Shown: positions 44,236-56,900 of the stretch, in pieces | Numbering within the stretch: the first letter of the stretch is position 1 | Layout: each line of letters starts with the position of its first letter | NCBI GenBank assembly: GCA_964016885.1 | Contig: OZ024760.1 | Location: 14,818,001-14,882,000 of the forward strand | Source: Eledone cirrhosa | Taxonomy: Eukaryota | DNA: 64,000 bases | Direction: 5' to 3' | Notes under the pieces: generated by a model | Databases searched by the model: none | Seen by the model: only the letters and a program-made list of their open reading frames with translations | Told to the model about the DNA's origin: nothing | Position numbers and translations under genes: made by a program

Positions 44236-45307
44236 CATCAGTATGAATGGCTGGTTACAGCCAGTTTGAACATAAAGAGGTGAGAGAATTCTGGCAGGCT
44301 ATAACCGGTTTAAATGCTAAAGGGTTAACATCAGTATGAATGACTGGTTACAGCCGGTTTGAACATAAAGAGGTGAGAGAATTCTGGCAGAATATGACCG
44401 GTTTAAATGCTAAAGGGTTAGCATCAGTATGAATGGCTGGTTACAGCCGGCTTGAACATAAAGAGGTGAGAGAATTCTGGCAGAATATAACCGGTTTAAA
44501 TGCTAAAGGGTTAACATCAGTATGAATGGCTGGTTACAGCCGGCTTGAACATAAAGAGGTGAGAGAATTCTGGCAGAATATGACCGGTTTAAATGCTAAA
44601 GGGTTAACATCAGTATGAATGGCTGGTTACAGCCGGTTTGAACATAAAGAGGTGAGAGAATTCTGGCAGGTTACTGCTGGTTTAAATGCTAAAGGGTTAA
44701 CATCAGTATGAATGGCTGGTTACAGCTGGTTTGAACATAAAGAGGTGAGAGAATTCTGGCAGAATACTGCTGGTTTAAATGCTAAAGGGTTAACATCAGT
44801 ATGAATGGCTGGTTACAGCTGGTTTGAACATAAAGAGGTGAGAGAATTCTGGCAGGTTACTGCTGGTTTAAATGCTAAAGGGTTAACATCAGTATGAATG
44901 GCTGGTTACAGCCGGTTTGAACATAAAGAGGTGAGAGAATTCTGGCAGAATACTGCTGGTTTAAATGCTAAAGGGTTAACATCAGTATGAATGGCTGGTT
45001 ACAGCTGGTTTGAACATAAAGAGGTGAGAGAATTCTGGCAGGTTACTGCTGGTTTAAATGCTAAAGGGTTAACATCAGTATGAATGGCTGGTTACAGCTG
45101 GTTTGAACATAAAGAGGTGAGAGAATTCTGGCAGGTTACTGCTGGTTTAAATGCTAAAGGGTTAACATCAGTATGAATGGCTGGTTACAGCCGGTTTGAA
45201 CATAAAGAGGTGAGAGAATTCTGGCAGGATACTGCTGGTTTAAATGCTAAAGGGTTAACATCAGTATGAATGGCTGGTTACAGCTGGTTTAAATGCTAAA
45301 GGGTTAA
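44236..45307. repeat. 93-bp tandem array derived from the MITE 3' half (11 full units + 1 deleted)
   Basis: units start 44236, 44329, ... 44701, ... 45259 and nearly all end in AGGGTTAA. Confidence 0.95.
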
Positions 45308-46936
45308 CCTGTTGAAAAATTTAACATTAACATTCAAAAAAAAAAAAATCAGCATTAATGAAAAATAAATGAAGCACAATCTGTGAATAGTGATAAATCT
45401 TTCAACCTAAAAAAAACAAAAAAACCCCACCCCGCCCTTACTTTCCACTGCCCCAACCACATTCTGTCGCCAGGTAGAAAACTGCTGACTAGGCAGCTGG
45501 CTCATATTCCCACAAAGAATCAAATATGAGCCTGAAACAGTGGAAAAAGGTGTAAAGTGACCTGAGAGAGTGACCTAGATTAAGTTACTCTCTGAGGTCA
45601 TCCCTGATTAGGTTTCTGCTTTTGTTTGTATATATATATATATATATATATATTAGTGAAATACTGTAGGTTGTTAGTAAAGGGGTGGTGGTGTAAGTGT
45701 AGATGGTGGTGGTGAAGGTGTAGATGGTGGTGGTGGAAGTGAAGGTGAAGATGGTGGCGGTAAAGGTAAAGATGGTGGCGGTGGAGGTGAAAGTGTAGGT
45801 GGTGGCAGTGGAGGTGAAGGTCAAGATGGTGGTGGAGTTGGAGGTAAAAACCTCCCAGTCCACACTGTAAACGTGGTTGGTGTTAGGAAGGGCATCCAGA
45901 CGTGTAGGGGTCACAACAAAAAAACACAGTCCAGCTGTAATGTGGTCGTGTAGGTAACACGGTAAAAAGCTCCCAGTCCACACTGTAAATGTGGTTGGTG
46001 TTAGGAAGGGCATCCAGCTGTAGAAAACCTGCCAGACAGTCCAATACGAGCGAGACACGGTCACCTGACCAATCTTGCCTCAAGTGGGACAACTCCCGTC
46101 TAACCCATGCTAGTGTGGAAGATAGACGTATGATGATGATGATGATGATGATATAATCTGAGTTTTTTGAATATTAATAATAACATTCAATTCGTTTGTA
46201 ATTATGCAAACAAGCCTCATTTTTAAAGCTGTTATGCAAATCTGACTGATCAGTGGATCCGCTAATATGCAAATCAGGCCGATCAGTCACTGTATATTTT
46301 AGAAAATAGCATATATTAGCATGGGTTAGACGGTTTTGTTCCATTTGATGCGGGAATGGTCGGCAGACCGTGTCTCGCTCGTACAGAAGTGTCTCTGGCA
46401 GGTTTTATTTTACAGCTAGATGCCCTTCCTAACACCAACCACTTTTACTATGTGGACTAGGAACCTTTTTACCGTGTCTCCTACACGACCACCTTACAGT
46501 GTCGATTGCTGCGTCATCGACACAGTGGATGGAACGGAAAAGTGAGGATGGGGTAGGGTGTGTGGGGTGTACATTTGTGTACGTATGTATACTTACTTTT
46601 AAGAATCAGCTGTGCTAGAGCAAAAAATGAAATTCTTATTTTATTTTTAATATTTGGCAAAGCCAGCTGCAACTCGGTCAGTATGCAAATGAGGCTACTC
46701 AGCTGATGTATACTTAAGAAAATACTATATATTTTCAACCATTCAACACATTGGCAGAGAGGTATAGTCCTGATGAAGGGTAATGACCCAGAAACATGTT
46801 GTTTGTTCCTCAAAGCCAGTGTTGAACAAACAGGTGATGACCGACCGGTTACTGGCACAGCACAGCTCGTTTATTTACAAATGGATTGAACATTATTATT
46901 AATGTTCGATATAACCTATGCGTACATATGTATATA

Positions 46937-46995
<59 letters not shown>

Positions 46996-47021
46996 ACAGA
47001 ATAATGTAAGAAAACACCTAC

Positions 47022-47149
47022 CTGTTTTCTCCAAGGTAAATCTCGTTTGTTTTGGTCATACCACTGCAATAATTGTTGACGTATCTTTGTAACTTGTTCT
47101 TCACTGAAGTCATGGAATTTTGTTAGAGTGATGGACTTCACGGTATCTT
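47022..47149 (-). CDS. MUTYH: MUTYH exon 2
   Basis: ttttccag|DTVKSITLTKFHDFSEEQVTKIRQQLLQWYDQNKRDLPWRKQ|gtaggt; needs a phase-1 upstream donor. Confidence 0.95.
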
Positions 47150-47904
47150 CTGGAAAAATTCAACCTTTTCATTACCATATGTATAATAAAATACACTGAA
47201 TTTCAATTAATTAACCCTTTAGCATTTATATTACTCTATATATACCATTGTGTTTTCTTGGTAAAGGCTTTACCTCACATAATATCGAATCTATGAGATT
47301 TTGATATTATTTATTTTGAGAACAATTCCTTAACATAAGTATGAGTGGCTGGTTTGAACAGAAAGAGGTGAGAGAATTCTGATCGGATACGGCTGGTTTT
47401 AGTGCTAAAAGGTTAACCCTTTAGCATTTACATTACTCTATATTTACTATTGTATTTTCTTGGTAAAGGCTTTACCTCACATAATTATCACACACAATAT
47501 CGAATCTATGAGATTTTGATATTATTTATTTTGAGAACAATTCCTTAACATAAGTATGTGTGGCTGGTTACAGCTGATTTCAACAGAAAGAGGTGAGAGA
47601 ATTCTGGCTGGATACAGTCAGTTTAAATGCTAAAGGGTTAAGGAAGAATTTGAAAGGATATTCTAAAATGATTCATTATTTCCTTATTAAAATAGTAACT
47701 TAACATATGGTTCTTTTATAAAATTGTGTCAAATTTAAATAATCACAATTGATTAATGAAGAATTTGGTGGGATTTACTAAAATTATTCATTATTTCATT
47801 ACTAAAATTGAAATTTAACACGTTTCTTAATTAATTGTTTCTACTTTTGGCACAAGACCAGGAATTATCCCAGCGTATTACTGGTGCTTTATTTACTGGT
47901 GAAC

Positions 47905-48033
47905 CCTGTCTGATGGCTGAGCTCTTGCCGTCGAAAGGTTGTGAGTTCAATTCTCAGACCGGGTGATGTGTTGTTTCCTTGAGCAAGACACTTTATTTCA
48001 CTTTGCTCCAGTTTACTCAGCTGTAGAAATGAG
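47905..48033 (+). mobile_element. CORE-like tRNA SINE (also about 30250-30366 on -, 50620-50770, 62130-62300)
   Basis: gagttcaattc B-box, then ccttgagcaagacactttatttcac. Confidence 0.6.
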
Positions 48034-48707
48034 ATGATAGGGACTGGGGTCCCTATCATTCCACTGCAAAGTGGTCGTGGAGGTGCCACGGCAAAAAAGC
48101 ACCCAGCACTCACTGTAAATGAGGTTGGTGTTAGGAAGGGCATCCAGCTGTAGAAATCAAGCCAGAATCAGTTCCCGTCCCACCCATGCAAGCAGGGAAA
48201 AGCGGACGTAAAATGGTGATGATGATATATATACATATATATATATAACAAGGGCCTTGCTTCGGGTGGGGTGGGGGTGGGGGGTACTAGGAGACAAGCC
48301 ACCCCCATTTTTTCAAACGTCTATGTTTTATTTTTTGTTTATTTGATATATAAATTCTTTTTAAGCTTATTTTTTTTTATGTCCGAACTTCATTTGAATA
48401 TGTAAAATTTTACTTATGTGATAGGGTACGGAAAGGCACCATAAGCACTACTAACATGTTCCTTTAAGGACAAAACAAATGTTGGTTTGTCCCCCTCACA
48501 TTTTTAAGGCAAACGAGGCCCCTGTATATATATATATATATATATATATACATACAGTATGTCCCAAAAATGTATACACACTTTTTTTAGAATGCTGTTA
48601 ATGTGTGTATACATGTTTTGGGACACCTTGATATATACTATGTTATTGTGTGAAATCGTATTAGGTAAAACAAATGGACAATAACAATAACACACATAGA
48701 TACATAC

Positions 48708-48735
48708 TTTTCAGTAACTTGGATAGCTTCTTCAT
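48708..48735 (-). CDS. MUTYH: MUTYH candidate first coding exon (proximal)
   Basis: ATG AAG AAG CTA TCC AAG TTA CTG AAA A|gtatgt; phase 1; in-frame stop upstream; would give a 487-aa protein. Confidence 0.55.
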
Positions 48736-48883
48736 AATTCAATTAAAGACGACGATGTATGTTGCATTTGTTTATATAACAATATTGAACATGCCGCCAA
48801 TAAATGAAATATACAGACGGTGTAGGGAGGAAAATACTTCAGCTGTCAGAATATATTCCGGCAAGAGGTGGAATCATCTAATC

Positions 48884-49411
48884 CAGAGGTTCTCAAACCC
48901 CCCTCATGGTTACGTAATACCCTCACCGCCCCACCCTTATTTCCATAGAGACCTGCCTACACGTAAATTGTAAATAATATATAATAAATAAAATTGTTAA
49001 TTTAGATATAATAAATAATATAATATATACTATATATATGTATGTAAAAGGTAAACAGAAATAACAACACAATCAGTACAGTTTATGGAAGGAATATATT
49101 AGGTTAACGCTTTATATAGCAGGAAGAGGGTCTTAACGTTTCGGACGCTAGTCCTTCACCAGAAGAAAGAATGAGAAATAAGATAGATTGAGGGGACGGG
49201 CGGGTTGGAAATGAAAAAAATGTCTTTAGATAAATAAATATTATATATTTTTTATTTTATTATATTTATATATAATATGTATCGTTTTATATTTAACATA
49301 CTATTATATCATCTCTAACAACCTCCCATCCATGCCTTAGGCCCCAGTGCCACCCAGGTCCTTCTCAACGACACCCCCGAATGGCGGTAGCGCCCACTGT
49401 GAAAACCTCTG
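48884..49411. mobile_element. hAT-type MITE
   Basis: CAGAGGTTCTCA...TGAAAACCTCTG TIRs, 8-bp TSD atctaatc/atttaatc. Confidence 0.7.
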
Positions 49412-51264
49412 ATTTAATCGCTCTACATGGCTGAATACAATAAACGTAATAACATTCGATTCGTTTGCAATTTTGCAAACAAGCCTCAATTTTATAGCCA
49501 TGTCAGGAGAATGAACACTTCATTCTTGCTCTTATGTTGATATGGCTATAAAATTGAGACTTGTTTGAAAAATTGCAAACGAATCGAATATTGACAGTAT
49601 CGGTAGAGGGTCGGACGCCATGCTTTGACGCACAGAGTTATGGCCCTTGCCATTCTGAGTTCAAATCCCGTCGAGGTTAACTTTGCCTTTCATCCTTACG
49701 GGCTCGATAAAATAAAGTACCAGTAATGCACTGGATAATTGCTGGCCTTGTGCCAAAAGTAGAAACAATTATTAATATTCAAAAAACTCAGATTACATTT
49801 ATTGTATTCAGCTATGTAGAACGAAATTTTCTTTTTTATTTGAATTTAGCAAAGCCAGCCATTTATCGCTCGTATACAGGAAACTGACTGGCCAGTCTGC
49901 TGATATGCAAATCTGGCTGATCAGTGGATCTGCTAATATGAAGATCTGACTGCTCAGCCAGTCTGCTAATATGCAAATCAAACCGATCCGTTACTGTGTA
50001 TTTTTGAAAATAGCATATATTTTCACTAACTCTGAGAGTTTGGCAGGTGAACAGTACTAATGAAGGGTGATATCCAGAAACATCAGTTTCTACAGCTCTG
50101 TTCGCATGCCAACATAAGAGCAAGAATGAAGTGTTCATTCTCCTGACATGGCTATAAAATTGAGGCTTGTTTGTAAAATTGCAAACGAATCGAATGTTAT
50201 TATAAATATTCGAAAAACTCAGATCACATTTATTATATATAATTAGAAAGTGAACAACCACAAAATATAACTACTCCATTACGAAAGGTTTCGGTCGCCA
50301 GACAGAGATGTCTGACGACCGATCCAGACGTATATTATTATTGTCTGGGATCCAGAAACCTTTGGTAATGGAGTAGATATATTTTGTGTTCACTTTCTAA
50401 TTAAATAGCTCTGTGGTGCGTTATGGTCCACTTGGTAGTTTACCACACCCTCTTTGTTATACTAAAAAAAAAATATATATATACTCTGTACGCAGCGCCC
50501 CTCTGGACCTTCTCAACGCCCCTCCCCCACCTAGGGCGGTAGCGCCTACTTTGAGAACCCCTGGCCTAAATTATCCCCGTTTCCTTGGCATTACGCGACT
50601 AAGTGCACAAAACCAGAGATTAGGTTAATGTCGTGGATTCGATTCCTAGATCGGATTGTGTATTGAGTTCTTGAGCAAAACACTTCACTTCGCGTTACCC
50701 AAGTATATACTCAACTGAAAATGAAGACCAACAGTAGCTGGGAGTTAAACCCTGCGACGGACTGGCCTGGTACACATGTCTGTGTATCGTTCAGCCACTT
50801 GCACTTTAATTTCATAAGCAGACTGTTCTACTGTTCGAAAAACTGGAATAGTCGCCGTCGAAATCGACGGAAGTCTAGCACTCACACACATGCCTGAATT
50901 TCCTAGAGACGACAGGGTGATTACTGCTACAATGCCACAGGTCATAATTGGCCTGGGGTTAAAGACTTGTAACTACTGTATCTGTCTTCTATCAAAGTGA
51001 TTTAAAAACCGGATGTTAAACTAAGGGAGATCACTCGCAATAACTTTCTCTTCTTTCTCCACGACCTCCCCCCATCTTTTATCTTGTGTAGCTCTCTATT
51101 TCTTTCTCTGTTTTGTCTTCCTTTCAGTCTTTCTCTTACTCTTCCCCTTTTTCTCGTGTATTTCTGTCTTTTTTCTTTCTCCCCCTCTTGTATATTACTC
51201 CGTCTTTTTCATTTTCTCTCCCTCCCACTCCGTCGTATTTATCTATCTGTCTCTCTCTATTTAC

Positions 51265-51310
51265 CTCTCAACAAACTGACAGTCAGACCGACATTCTGAC
51301 AAACTAACAT
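51265..51310 (-). CDS. MUTYH: MUTYH candidate first coding exon (distal)
   Basis: MLVCQNVGLTVSLLR + G|gtaaat; phase 1; 390 bp from the SLC35E1 ATG. Confidence 0.3.
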
Positions 51311-51700
51311 TTGTTTTTCAACGTGTCTTTAATTTCGAAATCTTTGAGATATATCAAAGGACAGCTGTCACTGGTCGGTATGGGAACCTAATAGGTGAAA
51401 AAACAAGTAATTAAACTACAAAATACCTGAGGCATAAATACCATCAAACAATTATTATCAAACACAATCACACAAAAATATCGTTATCACTACTTCCACA
51501 TAGACACATACACACATATATATATATATTATATATATATATATGTTATATATATATTATATATATATTATATCTATAATATATATATAATATATATATT
51601 CATATAGTATTTTCATAGCTGGTATTGTCAATAGCTTTTTCGTTGTTGATTAATAATAATAATTATTTATTTATATTTTCGGAGAGTGTAATTCTGCCAA

Positions 51701-52037
51701 ATGTGGGATGAAACCGTTTTTTTCGAAGCCATGAAAATCGTTGGTTTGTGTGTTATGTGGTATTCATCCAGCGCCAGCGGAAACATCATTGGGAAGATGT
51801 TACTCACAGATTTTCCTTACCCTATGACAGTGACCATGGTCCAGTTACTGTCGATATCCATCTACCTGACACCGTTTCTTCGTCTGAAATCAGTGACCAC
51901 ATCATCTGGACATTCCGTCAGTATACCTCGGAATTATTACATCAAAGTGATCATACCATTAGCTCTAGGAAAGTTTCTGGCATCCGTCTCTTCCCACATT
52001 AGTATATGGAAAGTGTCCGTTTCTTATGCTCACACAG
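51701..52037 (+). CDS. SLC35E1: SLC35E1 (TPT-family solute carrier) exon 1
   Basis: LCVMWYSSSASGNIIGK...FPYPMTVTMVQL...PLALGKFLASVSSHISIWKVSVSYAHT|gtaaag; phase 1. Confidence 0.93.
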
Positions 52038-53750
52038 GTAAAGCATTGTTGTTGTTGTTTAATATTTGATGATAACTCCGACGTTTTTATGCTCTTGTTC
52101 GAAAATTAGTTTCATTTTGTTGTTAAATTGTTTATGCGGACGCGATGACGTGAAGATATGTATGTTATGAAAAGAAAATCTTTTTCGAGGAAATTCTTGG
52201 ATTTTTCCAAATTTAAAGGTTTAATTAGGAACTTTGAATGTTTATTTTGGGTTTCGCAGTCTGAAGAGCTCAGGCTATCTTAACTGATAGTCCTCAGTGA
52301 AATATGTATAAGGGAGTTTTAAATAAACCGGAATCAACTGAATATGGCCTCGGATCTTTTACACACACACACACATGTATGTATATATATATATATATTG
52401 TTATACTTGGGTCATATTGTTCCCTCGAGCTGGTTGCCAGAGAAACGATTGTAATATGTCTAATAAATAGCCTCACCAACCCGCCTCTGGCCAAGCGTGG
52501 TGAGTACGGCTACACCTCTGACATGGCCAAAACCAAAATAGAAAACGGTGGAGGTCAATCAGGGAGGGGTTCCTCTGGTAGGACTGAAAAGGCCCTGGAT
52601 TGAATATATATATTTACATATATGTATGTATGCTCACTCGCTTTACGCGTTTCTATTGTCCTAATAACTTATTTTAGTTATCGCTCCAACGTGAGGTATA
52701 TGATTTTTAATGCGATGAAATACCCATGATCGTTTGGTAAATCACTGATCAGGGACTCATTTTATAACATGTTATCCATGTGCAACCAGCAGTATTCTTC
52801 TCACCCATATTTTTCATATATGTATATATATATATATATATATGTATATGTATGTATATATGTATGTATATATACAACATGTCTCATGGTCGGGTCGTTG
52901 GCGACTAAACTGGCAACCCCACCAAGGTTTCTTGGTGAGGAGGGTGACTTTGGACATCCTGCAGGACTAAAAACAAAACCTGTCAAAGGGCAAAGGAGCT
53001 CTTAAGAGTCAATGGCCATCCAAAATCACCGGGAGAGATGACCCCTTAGCCTTTGTCAAGGCAGAATTCTAGGAGGAAAACTCTGATATAACACCTGCAA
53101 CCCTGATGGTATCCAATGATGTTGACTTGTTCTTCTTTTTGGTAAATATCATCTTGGTTAAGAGAGTGGGACTGGCTTTGTGCAGTGCCTTTGCTCACTA
53201 TAAAAGCTTCACGGCACAGGCATTGCTTTATATCTGGAGATCTCTCTGCACTTGTCGTCACATGGTACTATGGGCCGAGCACTATGTGTCAATAATTGTC
53301 ACAAGTGTAGTGTTTGTACCAGAGTTTTCAAGTCGCTGGCTGGACTAAAAAGTCACACTCGTTCAGCGCATCGGTAGGGGTTCTCCTACATGGATATAAA
53401 GTAGTGGCCGTACTCGAAAACGAGTTGGCAGCCACCATATATATAGATATGTATGTATATAGATATGTATGTATATATATATATAGATATGTATGTATGA
53501 TATGTATGTATATATATATGTATGAATATATATATATATATATATATATTAAAATAACAGATTAAAGTTTAAGCAAAGAATCGCTGCTTTCACCCTTCAG
53601 AAGATCCCATTAAGGGTGAAAGCAACGATTCTTTGCTTAAACTTTAATCTGTTATTTTAATAAATATTTGCTCTACGGTTCTTATATATTTGATATATAT
53701 TGATCCTTATCGAGCCCTCTTTGGATTTTAGTCTTCACATTTATTATTAT

Positions 53751-53752
<2 letters not shown>

Positions 53753-53787
<35 letters not shown>

Positions 53788-53985
53788 GACGATGCATTCC
53801 CACAGTTTTTGATACATAGGTTATTTAGCTCCCGGAGCATGTCAACATATAGTTTAAATCTTTCTCTTCCTTAAAATAGCAGCGTTCTGGAGCTATTTCA
53901 AGACGGCCATGTTGAGGACTGAGAGAGGGGATCTTTATTTACAGTGGCGAAAGGTGTGCCCGGCAACGACGGGCTCTTTTGCTAG
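53753..53985 (+). mobile_element. Short Helitron-like element (3' end clear, 5' end lost in TA tract)
   Basis: gcccggcaacgacgggc hairpin then ttttgCTAG|T. Confidence 0.6.
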
Positions 53986-56900
53986 TTGTTTATAAACTCG
54001 TATAAACGCCCGAAGAAATGTCATTATTTTACGGGGTCGATAAAATAAAGTACCAGTAATGCACTGGAATAATTGCTGGCCTTGTGACAAAAGTAGAAAA
54101 AATTATTATGTCCTTCATATTATTCCTGAACCTACCCTTTTTACCCAATGTAATACCCCTTCCGGCGAATTGAAGAGTTGTTAGGACGTATAGCAAGAAT
54201 ATTCCATTCCTGTTAAAATAAACTCCACAGAATTAATTAGATACAAATGATATATCGGTGCCCCAGCATGGCCTCAGCTGGAACTGGTAAAAGAGTAAAA
54301 GACTATATACAAACAATATGGCCAAGAACTTCGGTGAAAGAGCGAGAAACGTAAACAATAGCATTCAAATCACTACTGTGATTGGAAATTTTACCGATTT
54401 CATTAAACTCTGAACTGATTCTTACCTACATTGTTGTAGACGGTAAAATCATACTCAGCTTTAAAGATGTTCTCTGCCTTTATATGGTTGTGTTATCGAC
54501 CCCGCCCGTCCCTTCAATCATTCTAATTTCTCATTATTTCTTACTGCTATTTCAAGCGTTGACCTAATTAATATATTCTTTCCATATACTGTACCGATTG
54601 TGTTGTTATTTCTATTTACTTTTTACATGCATATGTAAAGTGGTCGTGTAGGTTTTATAACAAAAAGCACCCAGCCCACACTGTAAAGTGGTTGTGTAGG
54701 TGTCACAACAAAAAGCATCCAGCCCGCACTGTAGATGTGGTTGTGTAGGTGTCACAACAAAAAGCACCCAGCCCACACTGTAAAGTGGTTGTGTAGGTGT
54801 CACAACAAAAAGCGCCCAGCCCGCGCTGTAAAGTGGTCGTGTAGGTGTCACAACAAAAAGCACCCAGCCCACACTGTAGATGTGGTTGACATTAGGAAGG
54901 ACACCGGGTCGTAGAAACCAAACCAGAAACAGTTCTGTGGGAGCAAGTCACGGTCACCTGACCCAACCTGCCCAAACGGCACAGCCCGTCTAACCCATGC
55001 TAGCATGGAAAATGGATGTTAAATGATGATGATGATGATATATTTATGTGCACACACATACTCACCTACTCCTCCTGAAATCCAGTTATGTGAGAATTAT
55101 GTTGTTTTGTGTTTATTGTGTGAATATAAATGAAGTCAAAATCACTGATTAACTCTGGTTGATAGCTATTGAAGGTAATCTCTCTGCTCTCTTGCAGGGA
55201 ACTTGTAACATAATAATTGTTTCTATTCTAGGCACAAGGCCAGCAATTTTGGAGGAAGGAGAAATCAATTAAATCAACCTCCAGTGTATTACTGGTACTT
55301 TATTTTATTGACCCTGTAAGGATGAAAGGCAAAACTAACCTCGGCGTGTATGTGGGTGGCTGTCTATATGTATACTCTACATATATACTCTCTCTCTATA
55401 TATACTCTCTCTATATATATACTCTCTCTATATATATACTCTCTATATATATATTCTCTCTATATATATACTCTCTCTATATATATTCTCTCTATATATA
55501 CTCTATATGTATACTGTACATATATACTCTATATATATATACTCTCTATATGTATACTCTCTATATATACTCTATATATATACTCTCTATATACACTATA
55601 TACTCTTTATATATACTCTCTCTATATATACTGTCTCTATATATACTCTCTATATATACTTTCTATATACTCTATATATACTCTCTATATATACTCTATA
55701 ATATACTCTCTATGTATACTCTATAATATACTCTCTATAATATACTCTCTATATATACTTTCTATATATATACTCTCTATATATACTCTATAATTTACTC
55801 TCTATGTATACTCTATAATATACTCTCTATATATACTTTCTATATATATACTCTCTATATATACTCTATATTATACTCTCTATGTATACTCTATAATATA
55901 CTCTCTATATATACTCTATATTTTTTCTTATTGATGAGTCTTTTTACCAGAATTTCAGACATAACTAAATTTTGAGTTCTAATTTCTTACCACCTCCTTC
56001 CCCCCACGACCCACCCCATATCTCTCTCTCTCTCTCTCTCTCTCTCCCCTCTATCCCTCTCTCCCCCACCTCCTCTCTCTCTCCCTGCTCCCTATCTCCC
56101 CCCTCCTCTCTCTTCCACACATTCTTATATAGGACACACAAGCATTGAAGTGTATAGTTAGTATATATGTATACAATGGGGTTGTGTGAGAGTGTGTGTG
56201 TGTATGTATGTGTGTGTATGTATGTGTGAGTGCATGTATGTATGTATGTATGTATGTATGCAAGCGTGTATGTGTGTGTGTGTGTATGTGTGTGTGTGTA
56301 TGAGTGTATGTATGTGTGTGTGAGCATATGCATGCATGTGTATGTATGTATCTGCACATATGTGTGTGTATGTACATTTGTATGTTGGTGTGTGTGTATG
56401 TATGTGTGTGAGTATATGCATGCATGTGTATGTATGTACCTGCACATATGTGTGTGTATGTACATTTGTATGTTTGTGTGTATGTATGTGTGTGAGTATA
56501 TGCATGCATATGTATGTATGTATCTGCACATGTGTGTGTATGTACATTTGTATTTTGGTGTGTGTGTATGTATGTGTGTGAGTATATGCATGCATGTGTA
56601 TGTATGTATCTGCATGTTTGTATATTTGTGTCACACATCTGAATCGGACGATCAATTGCAATAGTCTTAGCAGAGTTTGCAGCCATCATATCTAGACATA
56701 TATCTTATGAGACACACCTAAATACTTCACCTTACCTTACATTACTTTCTCTTTTTTAACTGAAGTGTAGCCTTCTGTCCTGTAAGTATCGAACTTAGAT
56801 GAATGCTGATGGGGACTTCAGGCTAGTTGGAGTAGTGCAGTGATTACCATCCTTTTCACAATTAAGGATTAGGGTCAGATTAACCCTTTAACATTTAAGC

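Noticed and set aside
44236-45307. CRISPR-like array with a variable segment
   Set aside because: Variation is a few SNPs and the whole unit derives from the adjacent MITE
52885-53435. GC-richer segment resembling an exon (also 59160-59450)
   Set aside because: No recognisable protein or phase-compatible splice sites; more likely a retroelement UTR fragment, unclassifiable by eye
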